DNA from: Patescibacteria group bacterium
GTDB lineage: Bacteria > Patescibacteriota > Saccharimonadia > Saccharimonadales > JAZKJC01
Reading direction: 5' to 3'
NCBI GenBank assembly: GCA_040384565.1
Contig: JAZKJC010000015.1
Coordinates: forward strand, 2,063 to 66,062
Length of the DNA stretch: 64,000 bases
Position 1 is the first letter of the stretch; every line of letters begins with the position of its first letter. Positions 20,064-28,518 of the stretch are shown here, piece by piece. The notes below the pieces were generated by a model. The model saw nothing but the letters and a program-made list of their open reading frames with translations. It ran no database searches and was not told the origin of the DNA. The translations under genes were made by a program, and so were the position numbers.

Positions 20064-21026
20064 ATGCCGGAATTACCTGAGGTTGAAACTGTTCGTCGTG
20101 GCCTGAGCCAGCTTATTGTTGGCAAGGCTGTCCGGGCTATTGAGCATGACTGGGAAAAGTCTTTTCCTAATGCATTATCTGACGTGAATAAGTTTTTAGT
20201 GGATGCAAAAATTATTGATATAAGGCGGCGGGCAAAAGTGTTACTCATAGACCTAAGTACCGAGTACACTCTTGTTATACATCTCAAAATGACTGGACAA
20301 ATGGTTTACGTCAGAAAGCTAGAGTTGTCAGTAATCAGTAATCAGTTTTCAGCTAAAACAGAGAACAGAATACAGGCGACAGATAACATCGCTCTTCCAG
20401 AGCGTTTTGGTGCAGGGCATCCAAATGCTAGTCTAGTAGGGGAGTTGCCAGATAAATCCACAAGGGTAACGTTTACGTTTAGTGATGGCTCGCACCTATA
20501 TTTTAATGATCAGCGGAAGTTTGGCTGGGTTAAGCTATTTCCGACAGCAGAAGTGCCAAATGTTGATTTTATGCGTAAACTTGGTTCGGAGCCGCTGGCG
20601 GCGGATTTTACCGTGCAACACTTTCGCGAATGTCTGATGAGGAGGCCGAACACAAATATTAAAGCCGCGCTGTTAGATCAAACCGTTATTGCCGGCGTAG
20701 GCAACATTTATGCTGATGAGAGCCTATGGGGAGCCAAAATCCATCCCTCTACATTAGTCAAAAACCTGCCTGAAGTGAAGTTTAACAAGCTGTATGAAGA
20801 ACTGCGCTATGTGCTGAATCTGGCGATAGAAAAGGGTGGCAGTACAGACAGAAATTACGTCAATGCCGAGGGCAAAAAAGGTAGCTACCTAACCTTTGCC
20901 CGAGTCTTCCGCCGGGAAAACCAACCATGCCCCCGCTGCGCCACTACAATCCTAAAAACGAGGGTTGCAGGAAGAGGAACGCATATCTGCCCTCATTGCC
21001 AAAAGCTTGGTAAGATAAGCAGATGA
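20064..21026 (+). CDS. mutM: formamidopyrimidine-DNA glycosylase (Fpg/MutM) with internal insertion
   Basis: MPELPEVE catalytic N-terminus, H2TH region, and C-terminal zinc finger CPRC...CPHC. Confidence 0.88.
   Translation: MPELPEVETVRRGLSQLIVGKAVRAIEHDWEKSFPNALSDVNKFLVDAKIIDIRRRAKVLLIDLSTEYTLVIHLKMTGQMVYVRKLELSVISNQFSAKTENRIQATDNIALPERFGAGHPNASLVGELPDKSTRVTFTFSDGSHLYFNDQRKFGWVKLFPTAEVPNVDFMRKLGSEPLAADFTVQHFRECLMRRPNTNIKAALLDQTVIAGVGNIYADESLWGAKIHPSTLVKNLPEVKFNKLYEELRYVLNLAIEKGGSTDRNYVNAEGKKGSYLTFARVFRRENQPCPRCATTILKTRVAGRGTHICPHCQKLGKISR
20329..20386. repeat. period-7 CAGNNNN tract inside mutM
   Basis: CAG starts at 20329, 336, 343, 350, 359, 366, 373 and 380. Spacings are 7,7,7,9,7,7,7. 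Confidence 0.8.
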
Positions 21027-21943
21027 TCATTACTTTAACCGGGAGTAATAGTTTTTTGCTTAGGGCTGAGCTGAAGCGGCTGGTTGCTGAATTTGTGGCT
21101 GAGCATACGGATATGGGGCTGGAGAAGTTGGATGGGGAAGAGGTGGAGTATGACCGGATACGCGAAGCATTGGAGAGCTTGCCATTCTTGGCGAGCAAAA
21201 AACTGGTTGTACTGCGCGCTCCAAGTGCACAAAAACAGTTCATAGAAAAAGCTGAACAACTTTTGAGTAACTTGCCAGAAACGACAGACGTGATTATTGT
21301 TGAACCAAAGCTGGATAAACGTTCGGTTTATTACAAATTATTGAAGAAAAAAACTGACTATAAAGAATTTAACGAGATGGATGAATACGGCTTGAGTAAA
21401 TGGCTGGTGGAGCAAGCCAAAACGCAAGCTGGCAGCCTGAGCAGCAGCGATGCAAAATACCTGGTGGAGCGGGTAGGAGCCAATCAACAACTCCTATTCA
21501 ATGAGCTTGCTAAGCTACTAGCTTATGACTCCAAAATCACTAGACAATCAATTGACCTGTTGACTGAACCTACGCCGCAAAGCACGATCTTTCAGCTGCT
21601 GGATGCTGCCTTTTCGGGCAACCCCAAACATATGCTAAAGCTATACCAGGAGCAACGGGCCAGCAAGGTCGAGCCGCAACAAATCATTGCCATGCTGGGC
21701 TGGCAGCTGCACATACTGGCAATTGTAAAAGCAGCGGGGGACAGAAGCGATGCCAAAGTAGCCAGCGATGCCAAATTGAACCCATTTGTTGTTCGCAAAA
21801 GCCGAAGTATTACGAACAACCTAACATTTGAGCAACTAAAGCGTATGGTCCGCGACCTGGCGGAGCTGGATCTAAAAACCAAAACCACAGCCATTGATGC
21901 CGACGACGCCCTCCAACACTACTTGCTCACGCTCACTATTTAA
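21023..21943 (+). CDS. holA: DNA polymerase III delta subunit
   Basis: Length and pattern fit HolA (recalled). ATGA overlap with the mutM stop. Confidence 0.7.
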   Translation: MIITLTGSNSFLLRAELKRLVAEFVAEHTDMGLEKLDGEEVEYDRIREALESLPFLASKKLVVLRAPSAQKQFIEKAEQLLSNLPETTDVIIVEPKLDKRSVYYKLLKKKTDYKEFNEMDEYGLSKWLVEQAKTQAGSLSSSDAKYLVERVGANQQLLFNELAKLLAYDSKITRQSIDLLTEPTPQSTIFQLLDAAFSGNPKHMLKLYQEQRASKVEPQQIIAMLGWQLHILAIVKAAGDRSDAKVASDAKLNPFVVRKSRSITNNLTFEQLKRMVRDLAELDLKTKTTAIDADDALQHYLLTLTI

Positions 21944-21974
21944 CTTATTAATGTCCGTCTCGCCGGACAAGCGA

Positions 21975-22001
21975 GTTCCTTTTTGGTCGGCAAAAAGGAA
22001 C
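21975..22001. other. perfect 10-bp hairpin GTTCCTTTTT-GGTCGGC-AAAAAGGAAC
   Basis: Read directly, 32 nt after the holA stop. Confidence 0.7.
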
Positions 22002-22015
22002 CGAAAAAGCCGACA

Positions 22016-22170
22016 GGCGCTTCCAGCTCTTGATGCGTTCACCGTCAAAGTCACAATGCTTAGGGTAACTTACCCTTTTCTTTCTTATTCTCCATAGAAG
22101 GAAAAGGGCTTAAACACCCCCACGCTCTAATTGTGACTTTGACATTCACGCTTCAGGAGCTTCCAGAGCC
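22016..22170. other. 155-nt long imperfect hairpin (candidate structured RNA or MITE-like element)
   Basis: Perfect 14-bp core GTCAAAGTCACAAT 22044-57 / ATTGTGACTTTGAC 22130-43. Arms extend to about 42 nt, with apical sub-hairpins. Confidence 0.5.
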
Positions 22171-22200
22171 TGGGGAGCCTCCATGGATGCTTCGCTGTTT
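22168..22200. repeat. left copy of an about 33-bp inverted repeat bracketing the PadR-like gene
   Basis: The reverse complement of GCCTGGGGAGCCTCCATGGATGCTTCGCTGTTT matches 22761-22792 at about 28/33. Confidence 0.7.
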
Positions 22201-22224
22201 ATATAAATTGAGCTGTGCTGAAAT

Positions 22225-22596
22225 CTATTGTAGATTTTCTAATGGGCAATTTTTAGGCGGCACCAAGAAGGTGCGCACGTCAATTCCTAATGCAGAGGTT
22301 GATAGCATATGAAGTCTCCTCGGAGGTTTATCGGGATCCATTGAGTTTACGGTTTCTTTAGCAGAAGTTAAAACGTCGGCATCCTCTAATCTTTGCAATA
22401 TTGGATACACTGTACTGGCGCCCAAACCCGTACATCTAATAATCTGATATCCCCAGACACCGTTTGAATTTTCAGAATCTGGACCTCCGCACTTGCACGC
22501 AATACAACCCAAAACTTCGCGTTGTGTACTTGAACGCCTATTAAGCGCTCCGACACCCATTAAAAATTCTTCTGTCGGATTAGTAATACGGGGCAT
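22225..22596 (-). CDS. PadR-like winged-helix transcriptional regulator
   Basis: GYQIIRCTGLGASTVYPILQRLEDADVL. ATG 22596 is preferred because the promoter -10 lies inside the longer ORF. Confidence 0.6.
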   Translation of the reverse strand: MPRITNPTEEFLMGVGALNRRSSTQREVLGCIACKCGGPDSENSNGVWGYQIIRCTGLGASTVYPILQRLEDADVLTSAKETVNSMDPDKPPRRLHMLSTSALGIDVRTFLVPPKNCPLENLQ

Positions 22597-22630
22597 GAGG
22601 AGAGATTCCTTGTACTTAGCGTGGAGTCTT

Positions 22631-22658
22631 AGTATAGACAATATATCTAAGTTGTCAA
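22631..22658 (-). promoter_or_regulatory. promoter TTGACA-16-TATACT for the PadR-like gene
   Basis: Minus strand reads TTGACAACTTAGATATATTGTCTATACT. Confidence 0.5.
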
Positions 22659-22760
22659 ATATGCAACAATAGTTCTGAGTTGCTTTTTGAATGATTTGCT
22701 ACTGACCAACAAAATTTTCAAAAGCGTTTTGTACTTGAGCACAAGGCGCCCTTTTATTAT

Positions 22761-22792
22761 AAACAGCGAAGCTCCATGGCGCTTCCCCAGGC
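22761..22792. repeat. right copy of the inverted repeat bracketing the PadR-like gene
   Basis: AAACAGCGAAGCTCCATGGCGCTTCCCCAGGC. Confidence 0.7.
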
Positions 22793-23039
22793 CGAGGAAC
22801 AGCCTGACTAGATGTAGTGAGAAAGAGGCGTCCTTGGGTGCCTTGGAGTGTTTGGAGGAGGAAACATGCTTACCTAGCATGTTTCTGGAGGAGTTGCCAA
22901 GGCAAGCCTGTTTATGACTACAGATAGATCAAGCTGAGACGTTTTGCCTGCGGCTTTTTTGCCTACTTTTGCAGCTGCTGGCAAAAGTAGGTCGAGAGCG
23001 AGCTAAGCGTGCGTCGAAACTGGAGTTTGTTAAAAAGAG

Positions 23040-23393
23040 TTATTTCTTCTTTTTGGCGGCTGGCTTTTTCTTGGCGGCTGGCTTTTTAGGAGCAGCTTTT
23101 TTGGTGGCTGGTTTCTTGGCAACAGTTTTCTTGGTTGAGACGGTTGGCTTAACGCCGGCTTTTTTGGCGGCGCGGGCTAGCTGGCGCTTTTTGCGGGCGA
23201 CTTTGTTCTTGTGGAGCAGGCCTTTTTTGCCGGCTTTGTCTAGAGCGCTTTGAGCTTTGCTATGCGAGCTGCCGGTGGCTTTGCTGGCAAAACTCTTGAG
23301 TGCTGTACGCAGAGTGCGCTTGGTTTTGGCGTTACGGATGGTTGCTTTGCGGGCGACCCGAACGCGTTTTTTGGCTGATTTGATGATTGGCAT
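23040..23393 (-). CDS. rpsT: 30S ribosomal protein S20 with Lys/Ala-rich C-terminal tail
   Basis: MPIIKSAKKRVRVARKATIRNAKTKR. Tail is KKTVAKKPATKKAAPKKPAAKKKPAAKKKK. Confidence 0.9.
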   Translation of the reverse strand: MPIIKSAKKRVRVARKATIRNAKTKRTLRTALKSFASKATGSSHSKAQSALDKAGKKGLLHKNKVARKKRQLARAAKKAGVKPTVSTKKTVAKKPATKKAAPKKPAAKKKPAAKKKK

Positions 23394-23476
23394 TGTGATT
23401 TCCTTTTTGCTTATGCTTATATGACTTCGAACCTGAATGTACCATCCCCCAACTCCTTTGTAAAGGGGAAGGCCCG

Positions 23477-23564
23477 CGTAGTACGTATAACGTAGTACGT
23501 ATAACGGCTAAGACAAAACATTTGAAGCTAACCGTACTACGTAATACGTACTACTTTCTACGTG
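23477..23564. repeat. heptamer/14-mer inverted-repeat element, family D
   Basis: CGTAGTACGTATAA x2 (23477-23504). Right arm CGTACTA/CGTAATA/CGTACTA (23533-23553). Confidence 0.8.
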
Positions 23565-23630
23565 TTTTTCTTGTTGCTAATTGGTTACGTTTATGATACC
23601 CTTACCAACAGAGGATAAAATAAAACAAAA

Positions 23631-25595
23631 ATGGATACTCAAAAAACTCAGATTACTGACCGCTTAAAGCAGGCGACTAACATCTTGGTGACAGTTAGTG
23701 CCAATCCGTCAGTTGATCAATTGGCTGGTGCAGTGGGTCTTACATTACTACTAAACAAGCTTGGCAAGCACGCGACTGCCGTTTTCAGTGGCCAGATTCC
23801 GAGTACATTGGAGTTTTTGCAGCCAGATAAAACACTCGAAAAAAACACCGACAGCCTGCGTGATTTCATAATCGCTCTGGATAAAACCAAAGCCGACAAA
23901 CTGCGCTATAAGGTTGAAGACCAGATGGTCAAGATATTCATCACGCCATACAGGACGTCTATAAGTGACAAGGACCTGGAATTTAGCCAGGGCGACTTTA
24001 ACGTGGAAGTCGTATTTGCGATTGGCGTTAATCAGCAGCAAGATCTAGACCAGGCAATTATCACCCACGGCCGCATACTGCATGACGCTACCGTAATCAG
24101 TGTTAACAAACAAGACGGCGCTTCGCTTGGCAGTATTAACTGGGTACAGGCCGACACCAGTAGTTTGTGTGAAATGTTGGTTGACCTCGGACTCAGCATG
24201 AAAGCGGATGTTATCGATGGTCAAATGGCTACGGCGTTCCTGACTGGAATAGTTGCTGAAACTGATCGGTTTAGCAATGAGAAAACTTCATCTCAAACCA
24301 TGGCACTAAGCGCCAAACTAATGGCAGCGGGGGCTAATCAACAGCTCATCGCTAGCCAATTAGAACCTGTAACTCCTGTAGTCAATCCTGCGCCCGCAGC
24401 CCAAACGCCACCTGTTGATAAAAGTGCCGAGCTGCCAGAAATAGTTGATACAACTGCAGATTCGTCCCAACAGCCAGCTCCTGAATCAAAGAAATCTAGC
24501 GACGGTTCATTAGAGATTGACCACGGTGAACCAAAGCTATTCGAAAATGACGCGGAAATAAGTGAAGAGCTCGAAGCGGAGAATGAAGAGGATAAAGTTG
24601 AGCAAATTCATATAGACGCGGAAGGTCAGTTGAAAGCTGCTGCTGATATGATTAGTATAAATCAAAAGGTCATTGAGCCGCTCGCCCCGACAGATGAAGC
24701 CACCAATAAGGAAACCACTCGACTTGTCTTGGAGCCGCCCACTTTAGGCGGAAAACTAACAGCCAACAGTGTACCAGAAGCGCTAGATCCGAGTGTTGAT
24801 CCATTGGCTAGCGCTTCCGGCGTGTCGGGTCCGACGCTATCTCATGCTCCTACCGCACCTGCCGACCTATCAATAGCAATGCCACCACTTTCAGGCCCAG
24901 CGCCTATCACTACACCGGCCTTGGAAGATATTATTGGCAGCACTTCTTCAATAACCGAGGATACGTCTGTAGTAGATACTCCCGAGCCACCTCAACCATC
25001 AGTGCAGCCGGTGATGCCAAGCACTGATAACACCACCACCGATAGTACAAGCGCATCCACTAGCCCTCCATCAGATACATTATCTGATCTTGAAAAAGTT
25101 GTTGATAGCCCCCACCTTGATCAAGTTTCTGCTATGTCAGAGGAACAGTCGTCAGCCATCACAAACTCTACGGATGTTACTGCCGCCCGAGATGCTGTCA
25201 TGAACGCGGTTAGTGGTACTACTCCGCAAGTCCTGGAACCAATACAGTCATTGAATGCCGCCCCTATGGATCTGAACTTGGGAGATATGCCCGCTGTCGC
25301 AACGTCACCACTATCGGCTTTTTCTGACCAAAATCTTATGCCACCATCGCCTTCAGCCTTTGCTCCTCCCAGCACGGAGGCTGCAGTCAACCCTAATCAA
25401 TTAGCGGGGCTAAATCTTACTGATCCAGGCATGCCTAGGGACAATACGGCCGCGTCCGTAAGTGATCCAACCGCGCCACCGACAGTTCCACCACCTTTAT
25501 TGCCTCCAAATGAGCCAACAATGACCTATGGTCAGCAGTCATTGCCAAACGCAGAAGATGACAATCAGTCGACTGACCCCATGGGCCCCTTATAG
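23631..25595 (+). CDS. DHH-phosphoesterase-like protein with degenerate catalytic motifs and long disordered tail
   Basis: NrnA-like layout, with GIVAETDRFSN in place of GDTGRF. DHH position reads VNK and the DxD position reads SVD. The C-terminal about 400 aa are P/S/T/A-rich. Confidence 0.55.
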   Translation: MDTQKTQITDRLKQATNILVTVSANPSVDQLAGAVGLTLLLNKLGKHATAVFSGQIPSTLEFLQPDKTLEKNTDSLRDFIIALDKTKADKLRYKVEDQMVKIFITPYRTSISDKDLEFSQGDFNVEVVFAIGVNQQQDLDQAIITHGRILHDATVISVNKQDGASLGSINWVQADTSSLCEMLVDLGLSMKADVIDGQMATAFLTGIVAETDRFSNEKTSSQTMALSAKLMAAGANQQLIASQLEPVTPVVNPAPAAQTPPVDKSAELPEIVDTTADSSQQPAPESKKSSDGSLEIDHGEPKLFENDAEISEELEAENEEDKVEQIHIDAEGQLKAAADMISINQKVIEPLAPTDEATNKETTRLVLEPPTLGGKLTANSVPEALDPSVDPLASASGVSGPTLSHAPTAPADLSIAMPPLSGPAPITTPALEDIIGSTSSITEDTSVVDTPEPPQPSVQPVMPSTDNTTTDSTSASTSPPSDTLSDLEKVVDSPHLDQVSAMSEEQSSAITNSTDVTAARDAVMNAVSGTTPQVLEPIQSLNAAPMDLNLGDMPAVATSPLSAFSDQNLMPPSPSAFAPPSTEAAVNPNQLAGLNLTDPGMPRDNTAASVSDPTAPPTVPPPLLPPNEPTMTYGQQSLPNAEDDNQSTDPMGPL

Positions 25596-25652
25596 CGTCC
25601 ACTCCATATCCTGAAGCTTTCTCTACGTGGAGTGCCGTATACTAGTTTGAAT

Positions 25653-26375
25653 ATGAATGGAATGCTACTTATAGATAAACCACTTGGGTGGACGTCTTTT
25701 GATGTGGTTGCAAAAGTTCGCGGACAACTTCGTCAAGCCAAAGACGCGGAGCTATCAGCTACAAGCTATCAGCCATCAGCTCTTACCCAAAAGGTGAAAG
25801 TGGGACATACAGGTACTTTGGACCCGCTGGCAACAGGGCTTTTGGTATTAGTGGTCGGAAACTACTGTAAAAGGGCTGGGGAGTTTAGCAAATTGGACAA
25901 AACCTACGAAGTTACCATGACTTTGGGTGCAACCAGCGCAACAGGGGACGCTGAAGGCGAAATCACGCCAGTTTCAGACAAAGAGCCATCAAATACTCAA
26001 ATAAATTCTGTAATCCAACAATTTATTGGGCAGATTGAGCAAATACCACCGGCCTATTCCGCCATAAAAGTGAATGGCCAAAGAGCCTACAAACTGGCTC
26101 GTGCAGGCAAAGAACCGCAGCTTGACCCCAGGATCATAACAATCCATGCTATAGCATCAATTGTTATAGACTATCCTGAAGTTAGATTTACGGCCAGGGT
26201 ATCTTCAGGGACGTATATTCGTAGCTTGGTAGAAGATATTGGTGAGACTCTGGGCACTGGTGCGTATATGTCGGGGCTTCGTCGCACCACTGTTGGCGAA
26301 TGGGATGTTATTAAGGCACTAACTATGCCAGATATCAGCGCTGAAAGCCTGACAAATAATCTCATTACTCTCTAA
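25653..26375 (+). CDS. truB: tRNA pseudouridine(55) synthase
   Basis: LLIDKPLGWTSFDVV and catalytic HTGTLDPLATGLLVLVVG. Confidence 0.9.
   Translation: MNGMLLIDKPLGWTSFDVVAKVRGQLRQAKDAELSATSYQPSALTQKVKVGHTGTLDPLATGLLVLVVGNYCKRAGEFSKLDKTYEVTMTLGATSATGDAEGEITPVSDKEPSNTQINSVIQQFIGQIEQIPPAYSAIKVNGQRAYKLARAGKEPQLDPRIITIHAIASIVIDYPEVRFTARVSSGTYIRSLVEDIGETLGTGAYMSGLRRTTVGEWDVIKALTMPDISAESLTNNLITL
25751..25785. repeat. period-7 tract GCTATCA/GCTACAA/GCTATCA/GCCATCA/GCTCTTA inside truB
   Basis: Read directly. Encodes ELSATSYQPSAL between conserved blocks. Confidence 0.85.
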
Positions 26376-26417
26376 TTAATTCTATTTTCTTGTCTCTAAC
26401 CCCTATACTCTAACGCT

Positions 26418-28082
26418 ATGATTGCCAATATTGATATTTTTGATAAGTCTTATGGCGACAAAACCCTTTACCGGGACTTGTCGTTTCAGTTGCGCGCCCA
26501 TGAAAAGGTGGGTCTGATAGGGCGTAACGGTACGGGCAAAACAACTTTGTTCAATATATTAACAGGGGTGGATGCTGATTTTGCCGGCGATATTGATTTC
26601 AAAAAGGGCTTAGTGGTCATTAGCTCCCGGCAAGAGCACCACGGCTACGAAAATCTAGCGGTTTTAGCGTATATTCTGGATGATTTGCCAGGGTACACAA
26701 AGCTCAAACACATTTTGGATACGTATCCGGAAACCATGGGCAGTAATATGAAGAAAATGCATGATTACAGCGAGGCGTTAGAGCGGTTTAACGTTTTGGG
26801 CTATTTTATGGTAGAGGAAGAGATTGTCCGTAGTCTAACCGCGTATCAGCTTAATGAGGAGCAGATTAACGGAACGCTAGGCAAGCTATCTGGTGGGCAG
26901 AAGCGCTTTGTAGAACTTGTTAAGGTGCAGCACGCTAAAGCCGATCTGGCATTAATTGATGAGCCAACCAACCACATGGACTATGTTGCCAAAGAAGTCT
27001 TTCTGGAGTGGTTTGGAGCCACTAAAGAAGCCGTAGTTGTTATTACGCATGACCGTGATGTGCTTAGGCAGGTTGACCGGATTATAGAGGTGCGTGACAG
27101 CCAGACATTCAATTTTCCCGGCAATTATGACGATTACCTGCGTATTAACGCTACCAAGGTAGTTTCACAAGTTAACGAGTTCGAAGTTGTACAGCGGCGT
27201 ATATCAAACCTTAAAGAAAATGTTATCCGGTTTCGCCGGCTCAAAGAACGGTCCCGTGATCCTGGCACCATCCAGCGGTTCAAATCGCTGGAAGCCCGCG
27301 CTGCCAAAGAATTGGCGGAGCTACTGCTTAAAGATAAGCCATCTTTTTGGATTGACCGCGAATCTGCCGGTAACCTGAACACAAAAATGAGCGATGCCTA
27401 CGATGAGCACAAAGCCCGTAACATAATTGTTCGCACCAAAGCTGGTGTAAAGGGTAGTAACCGGCTCTTGCTTGCCGTCAGTAAAGTGAGTCTTGGATAT
27501 GGCGAAAAACCCTTATTTACAGAGGTAAGTTTCCAGCTTCGTGAAGCTGAACGGCTTCGATTGCATGGCCGGAATGGAGCAGGCAAATCAACACTGGTAA
27601 AAGCCATTTTAGCTAATGCCCAGAGCAAGCAAGTAGCCTCAAAATTGTTTGCTGGCGAAATTAAGGTTGAGCCAGAAATTAAAATTGGTGTGTATGAACA
27701 AGAAATTAATGAGAAATATTTATCCATGACATTGCACAATGCCATTGATAGTGCCTGTCGAGACCGAGGATTAATTATGAGCGAGCAAAAGATCAAACAA
27801 TTCCTGAGTGACTATCTATTCAACCCCGCAACAGATGGCTCGGTACCTGTTAGCCAGCTCAGCGGCGGCCAAAAAGCCCGCTTTCAGCTGATCCAGATGC
27901 TGGCCGACGATCCGCAGGTGTTAATCCTGGACGAGCCTACCAACCACCTGGACCTGCCCAGCATAGAAGAGCTGGAAGACGCCCTAAAGCAATACCACGG
28001 CGCTATCCTATACATCAGCCACGACAGCTACTTTGTCAAAAACCTGGGCGGGGACTCAATAACAATTGAAAGTGATAAGTAG
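26418..28082 (+). CDS. ABC-F family ATPase (two ABC domains, no TM domain)
   Basis: Walker A GRNGTGKTT and GRNGAGKST. Signatures LSGGQKRF and LSGGQKARF. Confidence 0.88.
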   Translation: MIANIDIFDKSYGDKTLYRDLSFQLRAHEKVGLIGRNGTGKTTLFNILTGVDADFAGDIDFKKGLVVISSRQEHHGYENLAVLAYILDDLPGYTKLKHILDTYPETMGSNMKKMHDYSEALERFNVLGYFMVEEEIVRSLTAYQLNEEQINGTLGKLSGGQKRFVELVKVQHAKADLALIDEPTNHMDYVAKEVFLEWFGATKEAVVVITHDRDVLRQVDRIIEVRDSQTFNFPGNYDDYLRINATKVVSQVNEFEVVQRRISNLKENVIRFRRLKERSRDPGTIQRFKSLEARAAKELAELLLKDKPSFWIDRESAGNLNTKMSDAYDEHKARNIIVRTKAGVKGSNRLLLAVSKVSLGYGEKPLFTEVSFQLREAERLRLHGRNGAGKSTLVKAILANAQSKQVASKLFAGEIKVEPEIKIGVYEQEINEKYLSMTLHNAIDSACRDRGLIMSEQKIKQFLSDYLFNPATDGSVPVSQLSGGQKARFQLIQMLADDPQVLILDEPTNHLDLPSIEELEDALKQYHGAILYISHDSYFVKNLGGDSITIESDK

Positions 28083-28164
28083 GTATTGTGTGCACGCTAA
28101 CTTTGTTGACAATTACGATAATTTAATATAAAGTTTCTTTTAATCTTTAAGAAAGGGCTCAGTA

Positions 28165-28428
28165 ATGACATTTAATGAACATATTGCAGCGATAACCGCT
28201 GTCGGACTTATGCTTTCCGGAGGTGCTATTGTTTTGGGGAATGTCGTAAGAGATGAAATTCCGGTCGTAGAGGCCTCGAAAGAGAGTGCTCCTGATGTGA
28301 TGAACCGGCAGGTTGATACCTTGAATAATTTAGCTTTAATTGGGTTAAAGGCATCGGGTTTAATATTCTCAGTGGGTTTTATAACGGCTGCGGTCCGCGG
28401 GAGTAAGTCGAGCAGCGAAGCTTCTTAG
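28165..28428 (+). CDS. small membrane protein (two TM)
   Basis: 87-aa ORF; hydrophobic segments AAITAVGLMLSGGAIVLG and GLIFSVGFITAAV. Confidence 0.45.
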   Translation: MTFNEHIAAITAVGLMLSGGAIVLGNVVRDEIPVVEASKESAPDVMNRQVDTLNNLALIGLKASGLIFSVGFITAAVRGSKSSSEAS

Positions 28429-28482
28429 GCAGATCAGCCCCTTTTCATACTGACCTTGAAATCTAATTACAGTCAGTGTAAT

Positions 28483-28511
28483 TTGACAGGCCTTTGAATA
28501 CTTGTTAGAAT
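28483..28511 (+). promoter_or_regulatory. promoter TTGACA-17-TAGAAT, 7 nt before ATG 28519 (leaderless candidate)
   Basis: TTGACA 28483-88; TAGAAT 28506-11. Confidence 0.5.
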
Positions 28512-28518
28512 ATGTTAT

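Noticed and set aside
22647-22917. 77-aa (-) and 76-aa (+) ORFs between the PadR-like gene and rpsT.
   Set aside because: They overlap each other and the promoter, inverted repeat and hairpin structures. No SD or family signal. Treated as noncoding.
22962-22991. Hairpin CCTACTTTTGC..GCAAAAGTAGG as the rpsT intrinsic terminator.
   Set aside because: On the rpsT (minus) strand the stem is followed by CAAAAAAG, not a U-tract, so it is not called as a terminator.
21944-23039. RNase P RNA, SRP RNA, tmRNA or 6S RNA in the two large gaps around the PadR-like gene.
   Set aside because: I could not find GAGGAAAGTCC/ACAGAA (RNase P), GGAA-tetraloop helix-8 motifs (SRP), or a tag ORF with a T-arm/CCA end (tmRNA). 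6S has no sequence signature and cannot be called by eye, so it is kept only as a structural finding.
22969-23253. 94-aa + strand ORF rich in FLAAGF repeats.
   Set aside because: It is antisense to the Lys/Ala tail of rpsT, so the AAG/GCC codons read backwards.
28106-28134. Promoter for ORF 28165 (TTGACA then TATAAA/TAAAGT).
   Set aside because: The spacer is 15 nt for TATAAA, and the -10 is poor at 17 nt. Too ambiguous to list.
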